NCBI GenBank assembly: GCA_964252075.1
Contig: CAXULY010000048.1
Coordinates: 1 to 35,422 of the forward strand
Reading direction: 5' to 3'
Length of the DNA stretch: 35,422 nt
Source: an uncultured Deinococcaceae bacterium
GTDB taxonomy: Bacteria > Deinococcota > Deinococci > Deinococcales > Deinococcaceae
The translations under genes and the position numbers were made by a program. The notes below the pieces were generated by a model. The model was not told the origin of the DNA and made no database searches. It worked only from the letters and a program-made list of their open reading frames with translations. This document shows, in pieces, positions 29,097-35,422 of the stretch (position 1 is its first letter; every line of letters starts with the position of its first letter).

Positions 29097-30614
29097 TCAA
29101 CGATCACCATCCATGACAGTCCCTTTCACGACTATCTCGCCCGGCTCGCTCGACCAGGATTGGCTCAGGCTCCCTCTGAACGTGACACTGACCTTCCCTG
29201 TCTTGAGGCGTCTGAACGTCAATTCGCTGATTTCATCAACGATGTGCTCGGAACGAAGGTAGTACACCGCCAGGTGTTTCAGCCATTGAAGAAGGTCAGC
29301 ACTTTGATTTGCGCTTTTCTTCGCCAGTGGCAGGACGCCGCCGATTAGCTCGTTGGGCAAGCCGACTGGTACCCTGCTCCACGCATCTCCATTCGGTGAC
29401 TCACCTAGAAGCAGCTGACGCGCGAGTTCCGCCGCAAGGTCGGTGGCAGACTTTCCATTCCAGCCGATCCGATGCATTCCTGAGCCTTGATTCCTTTGGA
29501 TGGGCACCAGTTTCAAGGTTGCGACCGTTGACCCTCTGGATGTTGTCTCTTTAAGGACGGACACCTGCACATCAAAGGCATCGAGTCCGTTCACGAAGCG
29601 AATCATTTTCGCTCCGTAATGTGGACTCTCCATGGCACGGAGGGCCATAAGCTGCTGGCCCTTTACCTTAAGTCGGAGGTCAAAGTGCTGATTGGGAATT
29701 CTCTCCAAGTGTTCTACCTGGAACAGCTGACTACCCAGGAGAACGGTATGCCCGGTGCCTCTGGCCCTCTTACTCGCGGTGCTTTTTTTGACTGGTTCTC
29801 GGACCCGCTTTAAGGGCTGGACCCCTGAAGGAGTAGATTTCTTCAGTTTCGCAAGGATGGCTCTGGTGAGCTTCGGCACACCCTCAGACCACTTTCTGAA
29901 CCCTGTCGTTGGCCTGATTCCTGGAATCAATGTGTTATCCAGGCGGAGCGGGAGGATGTACTCCTGGTGTCTCAGGAACGCCCCTGCCTGAGCGCTTTCT
30001 CGCTCGTGGTTCGTCCACACCTTACGTGCGTAGTTTTTGGAGAGGAACATGACGCAATACTTTGCTCTGTTCTGGTAGACATCGTCCAGATAGGTGTAGA
30101 GGTCTTTTCCCCACATTTCCGCGGCAATGTCTTCTTCGAAGTCGTAGAAGACTTTCACGCCCTCGGCAATCAAAGCTAAATAAAGCTGCTCCACGTACTT
30201 ACGGTCTTCACCGGCGAACGAAAGACAAACATCGTAGGCGTACCGGTCTGAGCTCCTAGATCCACCCGGCTTTTTTACTCGGGTCGGCTGTTTCTGTCTT
30301 GGCAATCTCTGAGCTTTTGAGGACGTTCGAGACACTTGACCAAGGAACTGCTCAATGACCTTGCGACGTGCCCTGAGCTGCTCTTTGACCTCCGATAGCG
30401 TGCTGTACTTCATCTTGCCCACATCGGCAAACGCAGCCGCGGCTGCGTCTGCTCCTGACATACGTTTCAAAAGTGTGAGCGCCTTGCTGTTCCAAGCCTG
30501 AATCTCTCGCTTCAGCTTCTGCGCTTCCGGCGAACCATCGAACGTCGACGGCTTCCGTTTCAGGAGGAGCGGCTTCCCCTGTTCTAGATGTGCTTTCAGG
30601 CTTGCTCTGGTCAT
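29097..30614 (-). CDS. TIR-domain protein, 505 aa (N-terminal helical domain - TIR - unknown C-terminal domain)
   Basis: YDVCLSFAGEDR...VFYD...FLSKNY...WTNHER...ILPLRLD TIR_2 motifs with catalytic-position Glu; AAGGAAGTG RBS; ATGA overlap with the upstream gene. Confidence 0.9.
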   Translation of the reverse strand: MTRASLKAHLEQGKPLLLKRKPSTFDGSPEAQKLKREIQAWNSKALTLLKRMSGADAAAAAFADVGKMKYSTLSEVKEQLRARRKVIEQFLGQVSRTSSKAQRLPRQKQPTRVKKPGGSRSSDRYAYDVCLSFAGEDRKYVEQLYLALIAEGVKVFYDFEEDIAAEMWGKDLYTYLDDVYQNRAKYCVMFLSKNYARKVWTNHERESAQAGAFLRHQEYILPLRLDNTLIPGIRPTTGFRKWSEGVPKLTRAILAKLKKSTPSGVQPLKRVREPVKKSTASKRARGTGHTVLLGSQLFQVEHLERIPNQHFDLRLKVKGQQLMALRAMESPHYGAKMIRFVNGLDAFDVQVSVLKETTSRGSTVATLKLVPIQRNQGSGMHRIGWNGKSATDLAAELARQLLLGESPNGDAWSRVPVGLPNELIGGVLPLAKKSANQSADLLQWLKHLAVYYLRSEHIVDEISELTFRRLKTGKVSVTFRGSLSQSWSSEPGEIVVKGTVMDGDR

Positions 30615-31012
30615 AACCACTTCCTTGCAACCACCAGGACGACAGCGAACAGCGGCAGGTAGAACACGAGCGTGGTAGGCAAGAAAGCCGCCCCTAGCCA
30701 TTCACCGGCGGTCAATGCCTGCAGTTGAAAGTCGTAGGACTCAACCAGCCCCTTCCGACTGGCGTCGAACCTCTGGCGATACTGATGCTCACGCGCCAAA
30801 AAATACGCATCCAGCACCCAGAAGATCAACGCGGGGAGGAAAGCCAGAAGCGCCAGGCGATCCTGTTGGTTCCCGGCAAAGGTGAGGAGTGCGGTCACGA
30901 GGGTCACCGCCCAGCCCTTGAGCAGGAAACCATTGGTGGACAGGCGCGTGATGATTCCTTGGAGGAGTTCAAGCGACTTGCGTTGGTCCTCCGTCAGTGC
31001 TGGTTGCGGCAC
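30611..31012 (-). CDS. Small membrane protein, ~3 TM, 133 aa
   Basis: Three hydrophobic helices; LELLQGIITRLSTNGFLLKGW...FWVLDAYFLAREHQYR motif; coupled to the TIR gene. Confidence 0.85.
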   Translation of the reverse strand: MPQPALTEDQRKSLELLQGIITRLSTNGFLLKGWAVTLVTALLTFAGNQQDRLALLAFLPALIFWVLDAYFLAREHQYRQRFDASRKGLVESYDFQLQALTAGEWLGAAFLPTTLVFYLPLFAVVLVVARKWL

Positions 31013-31016
31013 AAGC

Positions 31017-31217
31017 TCATGATAAGTGATCAGACCCCTGGTTCAGGGCCACCTTGATCAACGCGTGCAGAATGCCTTGCACCATCTCGTCACTGCTGTT
31101 GCTACCCGAATTGACGTAGACCAAGTTACGGCTGATTAATTCATCGGCCGCTTTCAAGACGTCGGCAGGAGGCGAAGTGGGGTCAGATATTAGAGCGATG
31201 ATTTGAGCAGCGCTCAT
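31017..31217 (-). CDS. Small hypothetical protein, 66 aa (MSAAQIIALISD...)
   Basis: AAGGGG RBS; ATGA overlap with the upstream ORF; 4-nt gap to the membrane gene. Confidence 0.55.
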   Translation of the reverse strand: MSAAQIIALISDPTSPPADVLKAADELISRNLVYVNSGSNSSDEMVQGILHALIKVALNQGSDHLS

Positions 31218-31453
31218 TGACGCCCCTTGTAATACTTGTGTATATACTGGACAAGTTCCCACATCTCGTATAACGAAGTGCCGCTGTGACCCCAAGAAAA
31301 TTGCGTGATGTACTCAGCATTGCCCTCTTTGCGATACCCTGCTCTCGTTTCGAACTCATGAAGAGAAAGGCCCCACGCATCATGCAGTTCGATGAGCTTG
31401 TGCAGTTCGTCAAGGCTTTGGATGGTTTGCGTTCGTGTGTGCTTGCTCCACAT
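31214..31453 (-). CDS. Small hypothetical protein, 79 aa (may be a 5'-truncated remnant)
   Basis: Stop overlaps the next start (ATGA); weak RBS; frame stays open ~33 codons upstream without a start codon. Confidence 0.45.
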   Translation of the reverse strand: MWSKHTRTQTIQSLDELHKLIELHDAWGLSLHEFETRAGYRKEGNAEYITQFSWGHSGTSLYEMWELVQYIHKYYKGRQ

Positions 31454-32204
31454 CCTAGAAGAATAAACGGCAACGGGGAAAGAGTCAGCTTCAGTGCATT
31501 TCGAATATGCAGAAGTTGTCGATCGGGACGCTTCTACTTTGAGTGTGTGACGTCAAGTGCCGTCCTCTGGCGGCAGTCCTAGAGCACGACGACGTGTTCG
31601 CTAAACAATCCGGCAATCCGGCCCTCTGGACGTCAACTGTGACGACCCGAACGCGACCAAGAGCGAGCCTACGCTGACATCCCGCAGGAAGGGACGCAAC
31701 CTCTGGTTGCTCACGGCAACCCGTCAATGGGGCACTTTGGTGTCAAAATGGGGTTGACTCCGCAACAACAAGCCAGAGTGGAATCGTTTAACCCGCCACC
31801 ACCAGTTCATCGGGTACGCTTCCCTCTTGGCTTCCTCGGCCCACTGCTGGCTTTGGCGGCTGTCGTGCGCGCGGCGTGCTAGACGCACGTGACGGCGACC
31901 TTCTCTCGGTCTGACGCCAGCAGTCGGTCTAGCAGCTCTGGTTTGGCCCTTGATCACCATCTGTCCATCCGCGCCCGCTCCCGCACCGCCACGAGGTTGT
32001 TGAGATCGCCCTACAACGCCTCGGACTCCCGAAATGCCTTGCGCCGATTCAGGTGACCCGCTTGCGGGTCGGGAGACGTACCTGTGAGGTTGTGCTCGGT
32101 CGTTCGGTCCTCCTTTCCGCCTAGGACGACCATCGAGGCCTGTTCAGCACCATGTAAACCATAGTCTATGGGGAAAGTCGAGGGCCGTGCCTACGGTGAT
32201 GGGC

Positions 32205-32510
32205 GTGCCCAAGCCGACTGGCGCGCGCCCATGGGCCGACTCCCCCCCGCGCAGCGAAAGCCACCCCATCGCGCTCTCCGCTCAGCTCGGCTCAACCTTG
32301 CTGCGGCTGCGCAAGGCGCTGGGCCTTTCTCAGGAGGTCGTGGCGGAGCGGGCGCGCCTCAGTCGGGTGTTCGTGAGTCAGGTGGAGCGTGGCCAGAAAC
32401 GTGTGACTTTGGAAACCATGCAGGCGCTCGGGGAGGCGCTGGGCTTGAGTTTCTGGCAGTTGGCGCGGGAGATGCAGGCGCACGACGCACCCGCCGATCC
32501 CGCGTCCTGA
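32205..32510 (+). CDS. XRE-family HTH transcriptional regulator (C-protein-like)
   Basis: LRLRKALGLSQEVVAERARLSRVFVSQVERGQKRVTLETM; TACGGT-N7-GTG leaderless start (32187 and 32199 are alternative starts). Confidence 0.9.
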   Translation: MPKPTGARPWADSPPRSESHPIALSAQLGSTLLRLRKALGLSQEVVAERARLSRVFVSQVERGQKRVTLETMQALGEALGLSFWQLAREMQAHDAPADPAS

Positions 32511-32623
32511 GCGGCGCCCCGCCTGACGGTGGCCCTGCCTCGTTTGCGTTGGGTGGGTCTCGCCTCGCTCGTAAACTATTGTTGTCAATCCCGGCGCAGC
32601 TCATCCTGCCGACGACCCCTCCT

Positions 32624-34378
32624 ATGACCCGACACCATACCCTGCGCCTCCTGACTGCCCTCACCGCCACCGCCTTGAGCTTCGCCACCGCCACACCCAT
32701 TCAGGCCCTGCAGGTCTACCGCCCGACCGACCTGCAAGACGCCTTCGGCCACCTCGCCTTCTTCCCCGGCGGGGACCGCGTGCTCGCCGGACAAGCCGAC
32801 CACCTGCTGCAACTCACTTGGCCCATCAGCCAGGGAGCCAACATCGATGCCCCAGCGGACGGCCGTTACACGACTTTCAGCCTGGCACCGCACGGTCCGC
32901 GCCTGGCCACCCTGCTGGCGGTCTATGACGGGTACGCCACCGTGACGGTCAGCGACACTGCCACCGGGCGGGTGCTGCGGAGCTTCCCGCACGGCGCCGA
33001 CGGAACGGGTGTGGCGCTGCTCGGCGACGGTAGCCGCGTGGCCTTCACCAAGAACGGTCGGCTCAGCGTCTTCGACGTGGCCACAAGCCGTCTGCTCAAA
33101 CAGGTCCCGCCTGGCGACGCCTTCGGCCCGCACGAGCCTCAAGCGCTGGCCGCCAGTTCGGACGGCCGCTGGCTGCTGGCGGGCTCGCACACGCGGGCCT
33201 TCCTGTGGGACCTGCATACCGATACCGTCGTCCACCGCTTCGACCTGCCGGACACCTGGGAGCTGAACCTGGGCTTCTCCGGCAACGGGCGTCGCTTTTA
33301 CATCACCAGCGACACGACCGCTGCCCAGGTGTTCGACACGGCCACTCAAAATCCGGTGGACACCTTTCACACCCCGACCCTGACCGGAGCGCTGAACGGC
33401 GACGGCACGGCCTACCTGCGCCCCGACCCGCAGGGTCTGCTGTGGCGCGACCTGACGCAGCACACCGAGCAGGTCGTCGAGAGCCTACCGTTGCCCCCCA
33501 CACATGGGGAGACGCCTCGAAACGCCCTGGCAATCAGTGCGCAGGACGACCTGGTGGTCACACTGGGCCCGCAGGGCACCGTGCAGTTGTGGGGGCGCCC
33601 CGAAGACTACGCGCGGCACCAGTGGCGCTTCCTGCTGGGCCGGGCCATCGCCTTGGACCTCAAGCCCGCCTTTCCGCTGAAGGACCTGCTGGGGCTGCTG
33701 CCCCGCCTGAGCTGGGACGACGCGACGGGCAAGCTGTACCAGGATGGGCAGTTGGTGCTGCGCGCGGACACCGCCCCTCCCGGCAGCAAGGACATGCTGG
33801 TCCGCTGGCGGGGCGAGCCGTACGTGCCGATCGGCCTGGTGTCTCGACTGGGCCTCCGGGCGACCGTGACCCAAGGTCAGGCGACCGCCGTGATCGGGAC
33901 CATCCGCGTGACCTTACCCTTCGACTTACCGAAGGACGGCGCGCACCTCACCACCGCCACCCTGCTCGGCGCCGAGCAGGAACGGCAGCGCCGAGACGCG
34001 CAGGTGGCCGCCCTGCAGCAGGCGGCCACGAACGCCGCCCAGGCGCGGCTGAAGGCCATGGTGGCGCGCATCAAGGCGCTGGTCGGCCCGACCGCCTTCG
34101 GGCCGATGCTGCTCAAGCCCGGCCTGTTCGCATTCGTGCAGACGGGCAACGTCGGGGCGCGGGTGTCCCTCCTGCAGATGCCGAGCGACGACGAGCGCAC
34201 CTGGCGCACGTGCTCCTCACTCCTGCCCGCGCCCGTCCGGGTGACGAGCCTATACGAGTGGATGGGCGGCGCCTTCGTGAACTACGTGACACAGGACCCG
34301 TCCGACACCCGCTCCGCCTTCTTCCTCGTGCAAGGGGCGCCGCTGGGCGACGTCGCCATCGACTGCGTCCGCCGATAA
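32624..34378 (+). CDS. Secreted WD40/YVTN-like beta-propeller protein with additional C-terminal domains, 584 aa
   Basis: Signal peptide MTRHHTLRLLTALTATALSFATA; repeats such as SVFDVATSRLL, ASSDGRWLLAG...FLWDL, FSGNGRR; coiled-coil linker. Confidence 0.8.
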   Translation: MTRHHTLRLLTALTATALSFATATPIQALQVYRPTDLQDAFGHLAFFPGGDRVLAGQADHLLQLTWPISQGANIDAPADGRYTTFSLAPHGPRLATLLAVYDGYATVTVSDTATGRVLRSFPHGADGTGVALLGDGSRVAFTKNGRLSVFDVATSRLLKQVPPGDAFGPHEPQALAASSDGRWLLAGSHTRAFLWDLHTDTVVHRFDLPDTWELNLGFSGNGRRFYITSDTTAAQVFDTATQNPVDTFHTPTLTGALNGDGTAYLRPDPQGLLWRDLTQHTEQVVESLPLPPTHGETPRNALAISAQDDLVVTLGPQGTVQLWGRPEDYARHQWRFLLGRAIALDLKPAFPLKDLLGLLPRLSWDDATGKLYQDGQLVLRADTAPPGSKDMLVRWRGEPYVPIGLVSRLGLRATVTQGQATAVIGTIRVTLPFDLPKDGAHLTTATLLGAEQERQRRDAQVAALQQAATNAAQARLKAMVARIKALVGPTAFGPMLLKPGLFAFVQTGNVGARVSLLQMPSDDERTWRTCSSLLPAPVRVTSLYEWMGGAFVNYVTQDPSDTRSAFFLVQGAPLGDVAIDCVRR

Positions 34379-35045
34379 GGGAGGCGCCAGAAGCTGGGCG
34401 GAGAGCGGCGCGGTCGAATTCTTTGCCGTGGATTACTCCTCGCCCGTCGTGCCTCTGAAGGACGCCGGGGACGTGAACAGCTGGAACGGTATCTCTGCGT
34501 GGCGTGCCCGCTGGTCGCAGGATCACGCCTGACAGGGACTCCGTTCCGGGCGCATCTTCAGGCCTCGCCGCCCCCCTGCCAGCGTTTGAATCGGGGGCGA
34601 TCGCGGTACTTCGCGTCCCGGCACAGGGCGCAGGAGCACACGGTGTTTAGCTTGCTGGCCTGGCCTGCGGTACATCCGGCCCCACAACGCGTCCGGTGCA
34701 GGGTCGCCCACCGAGGCGCGTCGCAGGCGGGCGTGAGGATCTGGAACGGGAACCCGCGAGATTGAGGCAAATGGTCCATGATGCCATCCACCTCCTCAAG
34801 AGCACAGGCGAGGAACGTGCGGCGCTCCGGCTCGAGCGTGCGCTTGCTGGACGCGGCTGAGCGGTCCCCTCGCAGGCCAGCCCACCCTCTCAGGGCAGCA
34901 GGTTGGTCTTCTGCATGAGGGTCTGCATCAGGAGCCCCTTGCCCTGTGCCGCCTGAAGTGGCGTCGGCAGGCCCAGGCGATTCCCCAGCACTCCAGACAC
35001 GGTTTCGTGCTCAACCACTCACCTGGAGGCCCGAGATGCCTCAGC

Positions 35046-35420
35046 TCAATACACGAACAGAAGGCGACAAAGCCCAGAATCGCGAATTTTCCCTGCGTCT
35101 TTTGCGTTCACCACCGCGTCCGTCAAGTACTTGGATTGGGGCGAGAAGCGATTCGCTTGAATCCTGATGGCCCTGGCGACGTAGATCTTTCCTCGCGGCA
35201 ATTCGTGCGCGTATCGCTGCAGGTCCCCTTCATTCACCAGCTGTGCCGATACGCCGTTAACCAGTTCTTTCGTCGGCCACACCTGTCGTCCCTGCTGATC
35301 AAAGACGAAGGCCGACTGCGCGCGCTGAAAGCTCCCAAGCTTTCTTACGTCTACAGCGATAACGCAATTACTGACCCTCAGGTAGTTCAGGCTGTGACCT
35401 GTACACTCCCGCGATGACCT
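35046..35420 (-). CDS. 3' end of a hypothetical (probably exported) protein entering from the right edge
   Basis: Manual translation: frame open to the edge (...VIAVDVRKLGSFQRAQSAFVFDQQGRQVWP...DAVVNAKDA...CRLLFVY*). Confidence 0.6.
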   Translation of the reverse strand, partial: RSSRECTGHSLNYLRVSNCVIAVDVRKLGSFQRAQSAFVFDQQGRQVWPTKELVNGVSAQLVNEGDLQRYAHELPRGKIYVARAIRIQANRFSPQSKYLTDAVVNAKDAGKIRDSGLCRLLFVY

Positions 35421-35422
35421 GG

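Noticed and set aside
29097..31012. Calling the TIR operon canonical Thoeris or CBASS
   Set aside because: No ThsA (SIR2/SLOG/macro) and no CD-NTase in the operon; the NTase at 22977 is distant and lacks CD-NTase context.
31264..31280. loxP-arm-like CTCGTATAACGAAGT
   Set aside because: No 8-bp spacer or full arms; lies inside an ORF; no Cre-like gene.
32168..32623. N-terminal 152 aa of ORF 32168..34378
   Set aside because: Overlaps the XRE gene in another frame; the signal peptide begins at 32624.
1..35422. CRISPR array, tRNA/rRNA, integron attC-type repeats
   Set aside because: No regularly spaced nucleotide repeats or RNA-gene signatures seen; the only long nucleotide repeat is the IS5 pair, and the delta-60/WD40 repeats are protein-level.

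Overview
GC-rich accessory DNA that looks like a Deinococcus-type plasmid or genomic island. The taxon is inferred from GC, TANNNT-N5-7-start leaderless promoters and the lipoprotein families, not proven. No rRNA, tRNA or CRISPR array was seen. The left ~8 kb is a mosaic of small coupled hypothetical genes and abruptly joined gene fragments (YoaK, NAD-binding dehydrogenase, tyrosine integrase, DUF927 ATPase, delta-60 repeat) around an intact divergent TetR/SDR pair with twin palindromic operators. The middle has many lipoproteins and secreted beta-propeller proteins, an S41 peptidase and a TPR protein. It also holds two inverted IS5-family copies (one dead full-length, one 215-bp internal deletion) around a low-GC two-gene cargo, a secreted HNH-Excalibur nuclease followed by a DUF600/YezG-like immunity gene, and a nucleotidyltransferase behind a candidate leader-peptide attenuator. 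The right part has a HelD-type SF1 helicase with an extra C-terminal domain. It converges on a lower-GC, translationally coupled four-gene operon (two tiny ORFs, a ~3-TM protein, and a TIR protein with an unknown C-terminal domain), the best candidate here for an undescribed anti-phage system. An XRE regulator and a secreted WD40-like protein follow. All family calls are by motif recognition; no database search was run.
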